This document shows positions 45,268 to 55,647 of a stretch of DNA of 64,000 nt, piece after piece (position 1 is the first letter of the stretch; the number at the start of each line of letters is the position of its first letter). Source of the stretch: an uncultured Alphaproteobacteria bacterium (lineage in GTDB: Bacteria > Pseudomonadota > Alphaproteobacteria > Rickettsiales > UBA998); assembly GCA_963803575.1 (NCBI GenBank), contig CAWDMW010000002.1, positions 1,080,406-1,144,405 on the forward strand, read 5' to 3'. The translations under genes were made by a program, and so were the position numbers. The notes under the pieces were generated by a model, which ran no database searches, was not told the origin of the DNA, and saw nothing but the letters and a program-made list of their open reading frames with translations.

Positions 45268-46425
45268 TCAGTTCTTGTTTTCCTGATTCTTTGGCGTGCC
45301 TTCAGTATTTAATGCATTGGTGAGTGCTTCTGGCATAGTGGCCATGTGTAGCGTTTTGGTTGGGTAAGCAATTTCTGCATCATTTTCATCAATGATACGT
45401 GCAATGTGCAGCAGCACATCTTGTTTGATTCTATGGAATTCCACCCAGTCTGTTGTGTGGGTAAAAGTATAGATGAAGAAATCGCAGGATGAATGATTAA
45501 ACGCATCAAAATTTACAATCAACGTTTGTGACTCATCAATCTCGTCATGCTGCTTTAACATTGAGCTAACGGCTTCTGTAATCTGACCCATGACACCAAT
45601 ATCCTGATAACGAATACCAATCGTTTCATAAATACGCCTATGACTCATACGGGAGGGGTTTTCTACGGCGACTTGTGTAAAGACAGAATTCGGGATGTAG
45701 AGAGGTCGCTTATCAAAGGTGCGAATGGTGGTGATACGCCATCCAATTTTTTCTACCACTCCTTCAATGGTGCGGTCGGGTGAGCGTATCCAGTCGCCTA
45801 TGTTAAATGGGCGGTCAAGGTAAACCATTAATGCACCAAAGAAGTTTGCAAGCAAATCTTTTGCGGCAAAACCAATGGCGATACCTCCAATGCCGCCAAA
45901 GGTGAGTACGGCGCTGATGGAGTATCCCATAGCTTGCATAACTATCAGCAGCATCGTGATAACGATAGACACTTTCAGCAGATTATTTATGGCATCTACA
46001 GTTGTCATGTCGGGACGTTTATTTTTACGCCTTTTTTGTTCTACCAACGCATAGGTGCCGTGATCTACGAATCTGAGTAACGCCCATCCAATGATTCCAA
46101 TGAAGACGATGTTGCTAATTTCAGGAATAGCGGAAAAGATCGGTGTTTCCGTAACGTGATGTATAATATCTGCGGCAAACCCTATGCCAATTACCCAAAG
46201 CAGTCCAGAGACTGGCCTTCGTATTGCGCTGACGAAAGCATCGTCCCATAGATTCTCGCTTTTATGCAGTTTCTTCTCTAAACGTTTCAGTACAAAACTG
46301 GCAGCAAAAGCAGTTAGCGCCGTCAACGTAATGATTGCTGCTACCTGAGCAATCCAGCCTAAATTGCTTTGCCATACGGTGCTTTCTTTAAGATATTGGA
46401 TAAGTTCGTGAAATATATTTTCCAT
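45268..46425 (-). CDS. MscS family mechanosensitive channel
   Basis: GGIAIGFAAKDLLANFFG, DRPF.IGDWI, YIPNS. Confidence 0.93.
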   Translation of the reverse strand: MENIFHELIQYLKESTVWQSNLGWIAQVAAIITLTALTAFAASFVLKRLEKKLHKSENLWDDAFVSAIRRPVSGLLWVIGIGFAADIIHHVTETPIFSAIPEISNIVFIGIIGWALLRFVDHGTYALVEQKRRKNKRPDMTTVDAINNLLKVSIVITMLLIVMQAMGYSISAVLTFGGIGGIAIGFAAKDLLANFFGALMVYLDRPFNIGDWIRSPDRTIEGVVEKIGWRITTIRTFDKRPLYIPNSVFTQVAVENPSRMSHRRIYETIGIRYQDIGVMGQITEAVSSMLKQHDEIDESQTLIVNFDAFNHSSCDFFIYTFTHTTDWVEFHRIKQDVLLHIARIIDENDAEIAYPTKTLHMATMPEALTNALNTEGTPKNQENKN

Positions 46426-46507
46426 AAACGTTTACTTAGTGCTACTCATTTCTGAATGCAAGATGACTGTATTATTAATGCATTCATTATTTATATCTCA
46501 CTACGCA

Positions 46508-47833
46508 TCAGGCGGCTTGTTTGCCCCACGTTGCTAATGCATTTAATGCGCGTTCTGCATGAAGGCGGGGGCGATCTTTTTTAGGGATTTTCTTGGTTGA
46601 TAGTGGTGGAAATAAACCAAAATTGATGTTCATAGGTTGGAAAGTTGCCGTGTTGGCTCCTCCGGTAATGTGGTGTGTTAATGCACCAAGAGCGGTATCT
46701 TTGGGTGGTATTTCTTTATGCTTTCCATGTAACTGAGCAACAGCATATTGCCCGGTAAGCAGCCCTGTTGCTGCACTTTCCACATATCCTTCTACTCCGG
46801 TGATTTGTCCTGCAAAACGTATGTGGGGGGCGGATTTCAGACGCATTTGTTCGTCCAGTAATATCGGACTATTGATGAATGTATTGCGGTGAATCCCGCC
46901 AAGGCGCATAAACTCGGCTTCTTCTAACCCTGGAATAAGGCGAAAAATCCGTTGCTGCTCACCCCACGTTAATTTTGTCTGGAAGCCAACCATATTGTAT
47001 AATGTTCCAAGCGCATTATCCTGACGCAATTGCACCACGGCGTAAGACCTTTCCTGTGTGTGCGGATTGGTTAACCCAACGGGTTTCATGCATCCGAAAG
47101 TGAGTGTCTGTCTGCCACGTTCTGCCATGACTTCAATGGGCAGGCATCCTTCAAAATAGGGGGTGTTTTTCTCCCATTCTTTAAAAGATATTTTTTGACC
47201 GTCCAGTAGCGCGTCCAGAAACAGATGGTATTGTGCTTCATCCATTGCGCAGTTAATATAGTCTGCACCGTTGCCTTTATCATAGCGCGATTGAAACCAT
47301 GCTTTGTCCATATTGATGGATTCACGCGAGACAATGGGGGCAATAGCATCAAAGAAAGACAGATATTCTTCTCCGGTATGCGCTAAAATAGCGTCTGTTA
47401 ATGCTGGCGAGGTGAGGGGGCCAGTTGCCACAATCACTTGCCCAACGGATGCGTCAGGTAAAGCCGTTAATTCTTCACGCTTGAAGGTAATGTTGGGATG
47501 CGCTTCCAACATCTCCGTAACGCTGCGGGCAAATGCTTCACGATCCACAGCCAACGCGCCGCCAGCAGGTACTTTGTGCTTATCGGCTTGTTGCATGATT
47601 AACGAGTTACATCGCCGCATTTCTTCGTGTAATAGCCCTACAGCATTATTGTAAGTGTCGTCAGAGCGAAACGAATTGGAACATACTAGTTCAGCGCAAT
47701 CATCGGTGTGATGTGCATCCGTGCGTCTGGTTGGGCGCATTTCATACAGGGTGACAGAGATTCCTGCCTGAGCCGCTTGCCATGCAGCTTCACTGCCAGC
47801 CAGCCCTGCACCAATGATGGTTAGATGTGTCAT
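46508..47833 (-). CDS. trmFO: tRNA m5U54 methyltransferase TrmFO
   Basis: [28 protein letters not shown]. Confidence 0.96.
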   Translation of the reverse strand: MTHLTIIGAGLAGSEAAWQAAQAGISVTLYEMRPTRRTDAHHTDDCAELVCSNSFRSDDTYNNAVGLLHEEMRRCNSLIMQQADKHKVPAGGALAVDREAFARSVTEMLEAHPNITFKREELTALPDASVGQVIVATGPLTSPALTDAILAHTGEEYLSFFDAIAPIVSRESINMDKAWFQSRYDKGNGADYINCAMDEAQYHLFLDALLDGQKISFKEWEKNTPYFEGCLPIEVMAERGRQTLTFGCMKPVGLTNPHTQERSYAVVQLRQDNALGTLYNMVGFQTKLTWGEQQRIFRLIPGLEEAEFMRLGGIHRNTFINSPILLDEQMRLKSAPHIRFAGQITGVEGYVESAATGLLTGQYAVAQLHGKHKEIPPKDTALGALTHHITGGANTATFQPMNINFGLFPPLSTKKIPKKDRPRLHAERALNALATWGKQAA

Positions 47834-47867
47834 GTAAGTAGTTCCGTATTGCTAAGATGAATGATTA

Positions 47868-48644
47868 TCATGTGTGGATAAAGTCCAGCACTTGTTTGTG
47901 GAGTGTAGTATTGGCAGTAACAATAACATTTATGTGCGTGTTGCTGGTATCCAACTTGTGACCTTCCCAATCACTGACGGTTGCACCGGCACCGGTTAGG
48001 ACGGGGAGTAGGGGAAATATATCATGAGGTTTTAGTCCGGCTTCCATAATAATGTCAATATGTCCGGCTGCCAGCAGACCATAATTATAGGCGTCTCCAC
48101 CATAATGCTGGATCGCTGCTTTTTGTTGCACTGCTTTTACGCAGCGTAACTGCTCAAGTGTGAACAAGTCAGGGGAAGTTGTAGCGAATCGCGCGTGAGA
48201 TATATTGCTGCACGTGCTGCTGGAAATAGGTTGGCCGTTTAAGGTCGCGTGACTGTCAGTAGCTCCATACCAGCGCTCGCGAGTGATGGGTTGAGAAATG
48301 ATCCCAAGGGCAGGTGTTTGGTGATGCATCAGGCCAATCAGGGTCGTGAAGCTGGGTGTGCCACAAGTAAATGCGCGTGTGCCATCAATAGGATCCAGCA
48401 CCCATTGCCATGGTGCGTCAGGCTGATAGGCGGATTGTTCTTCTCCTACAATACCATGGTCGGGATAATCATGCTGTATCATGTCTCGCAATGCTTGTTC
48501 GATAGCTACGTCCGCTTGTGTGACCGGACTATCATCTGCTTTTAACGTCGTATGAATATGGGGGCTTCGGAAATATTGTCTGGCTACGCCGTCAGCCGCA
48601 TCTGCAAGCATATGTGCAAAATCAAGATATTGTGTGAGATGCAT
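47868..48644 (-). CDS. hisN: Inositol monophosphatase-family histidinol-phosphatase
   Basis: SPVTQAD, GEE, WVLDPIDGT. Confidence 0.8.
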   Translation of the reverse strand: MHLTQYLDFAHMLADAADGVARQYFRSPHIHTTLKADDSPVTQADVAIEQALRDMIQHDYPDHGIVGEEQSAYQPDAPWQWVLDPIDGTRAFTCGTPSFTTLIGLMHHQTPALGIISQPITRERWYGATDSHATLNGQPISSSTCSNISHARFATTSPDLFTLEQLRCVKAVQQKAAIQHYGGDAYNYGLLAAGHIDIIMEAGLKPHDIFPLLPVLTGAGATVSDWEGHKLDTSNTHINVIVTANTTLHKQVLDFIHT

Positions 48645-48865
48645 AACGTGTCAGGTGTACCAATATTTCTGACCGCACGATAGCGTATGGAACAGCTCAA
48701 TGCAATAAGCATGAAGAGGGCGCTTTGTCGATTCCTCAATAATACACTAATATTCCTCTTTAGGTTGAAAGAGTTTAACCATAATTAAACTTATAAATGA
48801 TATTCTCATTATTATTACAACCTAAAGTTACAATACTTTGTTGCTAGATTATAAGAGAGGCGCAT

Positions 48866-51655
48866 ATGTCTGAAGAAGCTTTTTCATTGTCAAAAGAGAT
48901 GACCAACCAAAATTCGTTGGAAGATTTAACCGTTGTTTCTACAACTAAGCTGGATGCAGATGAGTATGCAGCGGAAGATATTGATGGTGTAACAGAGAGC
49001 TTGTCTGGTTCTGGTAATATGGGCTACGCCAGTCTGCAAGCGTCCCAAACGGATGAGGCGCTCAGAGATGGTAGTGCCATAGATTACCAGAGCGACACTA
49101 CTGGCAATGTAGATGGTAACAACGCATATGTTGGTGAGCAAAGTAGTAGCGCATTTGATGATGCATCTGGAAGTAGCACGAATGTTGCGCAGAAAAAAGG
49201 AAGCATCAGCGTTGATACAGATCGTCCGCTCGACAATGCGCTGCAGGATACAGATGCAGGTGTTTCAGGCAGTGGAGGGCAATTTAATTCTACGGCGGGG
49301 TCAGTGTCCGCGTCTCAATTGTCATCTGATGCAGGGAATTTTAGTCCTTCCGGGTCAGGGATACGGTTGGATGATGGTTTAAACGATGTAGCAGATGAGG
49401 CTTCCAGTCCAGAGAATGCTACTAATAGCGCACCCTCTTCACAAAATTCTGAATCTACCAATGCGGCAACCTTGGCACGAGGTGATGATGTAAAGCAGGG
49501 TGACATAGCACAACATACGCAGAGTGACGTTGCTGGAGGTATGAATATAGATGTGGATATTGAGATTAATATCAATAATGCGGGCGACACGATCAATGAC
49601 ACGCTGATTGAGCTGGGTGATGTTATCACAGTCGTAACCGCAAACATAACCAACATTACGCAACATCTGACACATACCGTGAACCAGTCACACCTCATGT
49701 CATATGAAACGGTAGATCACGTCACAACACTGGTACATCAGGTGACTGACGTATTACAGTCCACAATAAATCAAACCATAGACGTAGTGAGCAACGCAAC
49801 GAATACGGTTGTAAATAATGTAAGTAGTACGCTTGTGGACGTATCTAACGTGAGTATTGATACTATCACCTCCCTTTCAGACATATTAGAGCTATTACAA
49901 GATTTGCCAGCAGCAGATAGCTTGGAGGCAGTCGTGGAATCATTGATTGATGCGACGAACATTTTACAAGACGTGGTTGAGTCAACGGTTATCACGGTGG
50001 CTGATGCAGTTCCCGACACGATTGGTGTTGACGTGCTGCAAACAGCTTTTGAGGGTTTAGGCGACGCCATTAATATACTGCAACCTATTTTAGGAGAGAC
50101 TCAAACACAGATTGATGCTGTATCCAGCGAGCTTGTCCAGGACGTTATTCACCATGCTGATACACACATTCCTGATAATATACTGAATGCCGTAGCCGAT
50201 CATGTACATGATCTTGTGGATGCCGCTGGAAAAACGTTGCAGGATGTGAAGTCTGAAGCTGTTGGAGATGTCTTAAACGTGACGAATGAAGCACTGGACA
50301 TTATTGCACCTTTAGCCAGCAATATATCAGATGCAACTCATGGAGCCACCAATCAACTGCTTACGCCAGATTCAGACAATACACAAGATAGCGACATTAC
50401 CGCTGACGCTGGCCTAGACGTGCTTGATGTTTCTGTAGCAGACGTTGCTGCCGAAGCAATCATTGATCCGGTTGAAGATGTGCTTGGCGATGTAGATATA
50501 GACACCTCTGCCACCATGGATGTGTTAGGTGATAATAATACTGACAATGAAGCAGGGGATAACGATCTGACTGTTACGCCAAATATTGACGTTGCAGACG
50601 TGGATATTGCGGATAGTACGGTTGACGTTAACCTTGATCCGGTAGAGGCAATCACCGGAGATATTGACGTTAATAACGAGACTGCCGTCAATCTGCTCGG
50701 TGAGCAAGCTGATGGCACGGTGAATGATGCACCGGGTGGCAGCGGAGATGGCACGTTTCTTAATCACGTGGGAGATGGGTTACAGCATGTTGCAGATGAA
50801 GTTATAGCTGATAATGTTGGTTTGTCTGACAATCATGATAATGTTGATAGCGACATTACTGCTGATGCAGGGATTGACGTGCTTGATGTTTCTGTAGCAG
50901 ACGTTGCTGCCGAAGCAATCATTGATCCGGTTGAAGATGTGCTTGGCGATGTGGATATAGATACTTCTGCCACGACAGATGTGTTTGGTGATAATAACAC
51001 TGACAATGAAGCAGGGGATAACGATCTGACTGTTACGCCAAATATTGACGTTGCAGACGTGGATATTGCGGATAGTACGGTTGACGTTAACCTTGATCCG
51101 GTAGAGGCAATCACCGGAGATATTGACGTTAATAACGAGACTGCCGTCAATCTGCTTGGTGAGCAAGCCGATGGCACGGTGAATGATGCACCGGGTGGCA
51201 CCGGTGATGATACACTTCTTGATTATGTGGGAGAAGCACTGAACCATGTTGCGGATGAAGTAATATCCGAGGAGCATCATGCGGAAAATGATACGCATGA
51301 TAGCGACCTGTTAGTGAATGGGGACATAGATATTGCCGGACACGACGTGGTTGAGATAGAAGCCGATATTTCACTCGATCTTATTGAGAGTTTGGTAGGA
51401 GACATAGATCTTCATGTTACTGGCGACATAGCATTACTTGATACTGAAGCTGATGGAACGGACATAGCAAATGCTGAAATAGGCGCTGCATGGACAGAAA
51501 CAACCGTTATTGATGGTGGCGGTATGTTTGGTGACATGGTTAACGGTGCTATACATGATGAACTCCCTGATCCTTCCGGTACCGTTGCTGAAGGTCTTGG
51601 AGCATTACATATTGATCCCGACATAGGTAGTGGTTCCGGTGGATTGCTAGGGTAG
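48866..51655 (+). CDS. Large acidic repeat protein, probable type I secretion substrate
   Basis: D/V/T-rich, no Cys and no N-terminal signal peptide; GGTGDDTLL RTX-like nonapeptide; directly upstream of T1SS genes. Confidence 0.7.
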   Translation: MSEEAFSLSKEMTNQNSLEDLTVVSTTKLDADEYAAEDIDGVTESLSGSGNMGYASLQASQTDEALRDGSAIDYQSDTTGNVDGNNAYVGEQSSSAFDDASGSSTNVAQKKGSISVDTDRPLDNALQDTDAGVSGSGGQFNSTAGSVSASQLSSDAGNFSPSGSGIRLDDGLNDVADEASSPENATNSAPSSQNSESTNAATLARGDDVKQGDIAQHTQSDVAGGMNIDVDIEININNAGDTINDTLIELGDVITVVTANITNITQHLTHTVNQSHLMSYETVDHVTTLVHQVTDVLQSTINQTIDVVSNATNTVVNNVSSTLVDVSNVSIDTITSLSDILELLQDLPAADSLEAVVESLIDATNILQDVVESTVITVADAVPDTIGVDVLQTAFEGLGDAINILQPILGETQTQIDAVSSELVQDVIHHADTHIPDNILNAVADHVHDLVDAAGKTLQDVKSEAVGDVLNVTNEALDIIAPLASNISDATHGATNQLLTPDSDNTQDSDITADAGLDVLDVSVADVAAEAIIDPVEDVLGDVDIDTSATMDVLGDNNTDNEAGDNDLTVTPNIDVADVDIADSTVDVNLDPVEAITGDIDVNNETAVNLLGEQADGTVNDAPGGSGDGTFLNHVGDGLQHVADEVIADNVGLSDNHDNVDSDITADAGIDVLDVSVADVAAEAIIDPVEDVLGDVDIDTSATTDVFGDNNTDNEAGDNDLTVTPNIDVADVDIADSTVDVNLDPVEAITGDIDVNNETAVNLLGEQADGTVNDAPGGTGDDTLLDYVGEALNHVADEVISEEHHAENDTHDSDLLVNGDIDIAGHDVVEIEADISLDLIESLVGDIDLHVTGDIALLDTEADGTDIANAEIGAAWTETTVIDGGGMFGDMVNGAIHDELPDPSGTVAEGLGALHIDPDIGSGSGGLLG
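50387..51259 (+). repeat. Near-identical intragenic tandem duplication, 459-bp period
   Basis: TGCTTGATGTTTCTGTAGCAGAC occurs at 50421 and 50880, followed by long identical stretches. Confidence 0.9.
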
Positions 51656-51661
51656 GGGCGT

Positions 51662-53443
51662 ATGCAGCGTATCATACAAAGCCTTAATTCTCTTGTGTTT
51701 ATCACGCCCTGCGTCAGTTCGCGATTGAACCATTTTACGTTAAACAAAAAGCAGGTTGATCCTCTATGGCCTGAAGGATTCCGTCAGCACTTAGCATCAC
51801 TATTACTGTCAACACTGGCAATTAATGTACTGTCGCTGGCACTACCTGTGATGACATTGCAGATTTACGATCGTATCTTACCTAACTCCGGATCTGGTAC
51901 ATTACCTGTTTTGACAACAGGTGTGTGTATTGCGGTTGCGCTTGAAGTGCTGCTACGCCTTTCCCGTGTTTATATAATTGGTCAAAATGGGGCAATTTAT
52001 GAGCATCGTATGGCATGTACAGCTATGTCGAAAGTGTTAAATGCTGATCTATCCAAGATGCAAACTCGCGGAGTTGGTGAGCATTTGCATCACATGAGTA
52101 GTGTCAGCAAGTTGAAGGAATTCTATAATGGCCACGCAATGACCACGCTTGCCGAGCTGGCATTTGTGCCATTTGCACTGGCATTGATTGGCTATATTGC
52201 AGGGTGGCTTGTGATGGTGCCCGTATGTGTACTAACGCTCTTTACGTTTATCTCAATCTGTAATGGCCATCACCTAAAACGAACGTTGCAAGGTCGTGAG
52301 GAAACAGATGATAAGCGCTTTAATTTCCTGATAGAAACACTGGAAGGTGTTCACACGGTGAAAGCGCTTGCACTGGAGAAATATTTTGAACGACGTTATG
52401 AAGCATTGGAAGAAGCCTCAGTGCAGGCGAATTATGCGGTAACACAACAAACCGCTAACACATTTAATAGTGGTGCAATCTTTTCTCATATTATGATTGC
52501 CGGCGTTATTACGATTGGTGCATGGGCAGTGCTGTCAGGTGATTTAACGACCGGTAGTTTGATTGCGACATTGTTACTGGCCGGACGTGTGATGCAACCC
52601 GTGCAAAAGGCACTGGCACTCTGGACACGCTATCAGGATTATCAGCTAGCTCGTTCCTGCGCGACAGACTTGATGGAAACCATACAGCAGGAGGTGGTGC
52701 ATCGTGAACATGACTCGCCAGTGTTGCGAGAAGGCAGGCTTGAGCTGAAGAATGTATCCTTTCACTATGCCGGACAAAATCAGCCAATAATTGAACATAT
52801 CTCTTTGTCACTTCAACAGAAACAAGCAATTCTAATCTCGGGGGATCACGGATGTGGGAAAACCACGCTGATGAAACTGATTGCCGGTATTTATCCTGCA
52901 TCTGAAGGGAAGATTCACATCGATGGTGAACCTGTTGGTACATATCAATCATCCGAATTGGCGCATCATGTTGCGTATGTTTGTGCGCGCCCTGTTATTT
53001 TCCGAGGAACAATACGTGATAATATCACTGGATTTGGGCAAATACCGGAGGTGAAAGCAAAGGAAATAGCTGCCTTAATGGGGTTGGAGAAAGATATTTC
53101 CCGTCTGCCGGGCGGGTTTGATACGTTTCTTAGCGGCAATGAAACGGACAGTATTCCCCCCGGACTTAAGCAGCGCATCGCGATTGTCAGAGCATTAGCT
53201 ACGCGACCAAAACTGATTTTATTTGATAATGCCGACCTCGCACTGGACAAGGATGGGTATAACACCATGCATACGTTGTTGGCTCGATTAAAGGGCAAAG
53301 CCTCCATGGTAATTGTCTCAGATGATTATAATATTCGCTCACTTACCGATAAACATTATCTGCTGAAAGATGGTCAGCTACTGGAAGACCGTACACCGGA
53401 TGTTACCAGCTATATTCGCCCTTATCAGGAACTGGCTTTATGA
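51662..53443 (+). CDS. T1SS ABC transporter subunit 1
   Basis: LALPVMTLQIYDRI TM domain, Walker A GDHGCGKT. Confidence 0.9.
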   Translation: MQRIIQSLNSLVFITPCVSSRLNHFTLNKKQVDPLWPEGFRQHLASLLLSTLAINVLSLALPVMTLQIYDRILPNSGSGTLPVLTTGVCIAVALEVLLRLSRVYIIGQNGAIYEHRMACTAMSKVLNADLSKMQTRGVGEHLHHMSSVSKLKEFYNGHAMTTLAELAFVPFALALIGYIAGWLVMVPVCVLTLFTFISICNGHHLKRTLQGREETDDKRFNFLIETLEGVHTVKALALEKYFERRYEALEEASVQANYAVTQQTANTFNSGAIFSHIMIAGVITIGAWAVLSGDLTTGSLIATLLLAGRVMQPVQKALALWTRYQDYQLARSCATDLMETIQQEVVHREHDSPVLREGRLELKNVSFHYAGQNQPIIEHISLSLQQKQAILISGDHGCGKTTLMKLIAGIYPASEGKIHIDGEPVGTYQSSELAHHVAYVCARPVIFRGTIRDNITGFGQIPEVKAKEIAALMGLEKDISRLPGGFDTFLSGNETDSIPPGLKQRIAIVRALATRPKLILFDNADLALDKDGYNTMHTLLARLKGKASMVIVSDDYNIRSLTDKHYLLKDGQLLEDRTPDVTSYIRPYQELAL

Positions 53444-55647
53444 CGCGCCTTGCCGAACGCTTCCAGCATTCAGAACCGGTTGCCCATATGCTCTCGCTGT
53501 TATCACGCGCCGGACGTGACAATTTCCGCGAAGATCATGTGTGGGAAGTGTCTCTTTGTGCCATTATTTTAGCCATTGAACCACACTGTAAGTTACAGCG
53601 TATTTTGGAAGCATTGCCATATAGTGATTCTGCTATGGATGAGGCAGATATTCTCAATACGATGGCGCATCTTGGATATGTATGTGTAAACACTCACACC
53701 ACTCTGGATACGATAGATGCGCGGTTGCTCCCGGGGTTTTGTGTTTCTGATAAGGGCGATCCTTTTATTGTGCTGGGGTACGATGAGCAAAAACAGCTAA
53801 CATGTTATGATCCGGTTTCCACAGACGTTCGTCAGGTGACTCCCTTTGAAGGAAAAAGCAAAATCTGGTTTTTCCAACCCTATGATGAACACCGTCAAGC
53901 CACCTCAAAATTTATGCGCCAGGGTTCTGGCCATAGCTGGTTCAGAGCGTTACTTGGGCGTTTTAAAGGAACGTTTGTACAGATCATGACAGCGGGGCTA
54001 ATCCTTAATATTATTACCCTTGCGACACCTATTTTCATTATGATTGTATATGATCGTGTGATTGCAGCTGGTTCTATAGGGACATTGCCTATGTTGGCAC
54101 TCGGGGCTGTTATTGCGATTGGGTTTGAGTGGAAAATGCGCTCCATTCGCTCTACGGGGTTGTCATGGCTGGCTGGACGGCTGGATAATATCGTTGGAAA
54201 TAAAATATTTACTCACTTGACCGGGCTGTCTCCTTCACTAATTGAGAAAGCTTCCGTTGCATCCCAGTTGGCACGCATTAAGACATTTGAATCAGTGCGG
54301 GATTTTTTCAGTAGTTCTGCTTTTTTGTCATTGTTGGAAGCGCCGTTTATTATCTTAGCCATTGGTGCGGTAACATATATTGCCGGAGCGCTGGTGATGG
54401 TGCCACTGACCATTGCGCTGGGGTATATTGCATTGTTTTTCTTTATCCGCCAGCAGGTAAAGCTATCTATCCGTATGGCAGCCAAAGCCAGCTCTGTACG
54501 TCAGCAATTTACGATTGAAACATTCGACAAGCTGGAAGGTATTCGTGTACAGGGACTCTCTGCGAAATGGCAGGAAAAATTCCGTCATCTGTCTGGCCGC
54601 GAAATGATGGCACATTTTCATCTTGGCTGGCTGGGCATGATTGCTGAAAGTCTTGGTCATGCCCTCACGGTACTGGCAGCTGTGGCGACTGTCGGGTTTG
54701 GTGTGCAAATGATCTGGGATGGTGACATGACGACGGGTTCACTTGTTGCTACAATGATTCTTGTCTGGCGTATTCTTACCCCGTTTTATGCGCTTTGTAC
54801 GATGGTGCCACGATTGGAACAATTGCGTAACAGTATTCATCAGGTCAATAAACTGATTGATATTGATACCGAAGCAGAAGAAGCACGTAGCTATTCACGC
54901 CTGCCTAATGTGAAAGGAAGGCTGGTGTTTGACAAGGTAGGGTTTCATTATGGAGAAGAAGGCGATCATGTATTTAGTGGCTTGAGCTTTGAAGCTCGTG
55001 CCGGCGACCTTGTCACCATTACCGGAAGCAATGGAAGTGGCAAGGCAACCGTATTAAAAATAGCACAGGCACTTCACCCGATTTCAAATGGATCAGTACG
55101 TATTGATGGGTTTGACATACGCCAGCTTGATGCACCAGACTTGCGACGCCAGATAGCGTATGTACCCAAGGTTGCACACGTATTTTCAGGCACATTAATT
55201 GAGAATCTGCGTTTTGCTAACCCGCTGGCAAGTATAGAGGACATACAACACGCGCTGGAGCTGGCAGATGTATGGCAGGAAGTGCAAAAACTTGAAGGTG
55301 GTTTGTATGCCGTTATCGGTACTGGTGGCGTATCGCTGACCGCCAGCCTGCGTACCAGACTTTCACTAGCGCGTGCTTATCTGCATCCGGCAAATATTTT
55401 GCTCATTGATGAGCTTCCCAATGCATTGCTAAGTGGTCAGGCAGGCAAGAATCTTAAAGATTATCTTGCTCGGATTAAGGGCAAACGCACCGTGGTATTT
55501 TGTACGTACCGCGAGGATTTTATGCAACTCGCTGACACCATTATCTGGTTACGCGGCAGCGAGTCACCACTGGTAGGGTCACGTGATATACTCTCAGAGA
55601 TGCTAATGAGTGGTGAAGAAACAATCAGAAAAGGAGTTGCCGCTTAA
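53440..55647 (+). CDS. T1SS ABC transporter subunit 2 with N-terminal C39-like extension
   Basis: PIFIMIVYDRVI, GSNGSGKAT, LLIDE. Confidence 0.9.
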   Translation: MTRLAERFQHSEPVAHMLSLLSRAGRDNFREDHVWEVSLCAIILAIEPHCKLQRILEALPYSDSAMDEADILNTMAHLGYVCVNTHTTLDTIDARLLPGFCVSDKGDPFIVLGYDEQKQLTCYDPVSTDVRQVTPFEGKSKIWFFQPYDEHRQATSKFMRQGSGHSWFRALLGRFKGTFVQIMTAGLILNIITLATPIFIMIVYDRVIAAGSIGTLPMLALGAVIAIGFEWKMRSIRSTGLSWLAGRLDNIVGNKIFTHLTGLSPSLIEKASVASQLARIKTFESVRDFFSSSAFLSLLEAPFIILAIGAVTYIAGALVMVPLTIALGYIALFFFIRQQVKLSIRMAAKASSVRQQFTIETFDKLEGIRVQGLSAKWQEKFRHLSGREMMAHFHLGWLGMIAESLGHALTVLAAVATVGFGVQMIWDGDMTTGSLVATMILVWRILTPFYALCTMVPRLEQLRNSIHQVNKLIDIDTEAEEARSYSRLPNVKGRLVFDKVGFHYGEEGDHVFSGLSFEARAGDLVTITGSNGSGKATVLKIAQALHPISNGSVRIDGFDIRQLDAPDLRRQIAYVPKVAHVFSGTLIENLRFANPLASIEDIQHALELADVWQEVQKLEGGLYAVIGTGGVSLTASLRTRLSLARAYLHPANILLIDELPNALLSGQAGKNLKDYLARIKGKRTVVFCTYREDFMQLADTIIWLRGSESPLVGSRDILSEMLMSGEETIRKGVAA

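Noticed and set aside
48775-48812. CtrA half-site (TTAACCAT) and Fur-like dyad (AATGATATTCTCATT) upstream of the T1SS substrate
   Set aside because: Both are imperfect matches in very AT-rich DNA and not supportable without a genome-wide motif model.
50387-51259. DGR template/variable repeat pair
   Set aside because: Both copies are in frame within one gene, differences are not adenine-specific, and there is no reverse transcriptase in the window.
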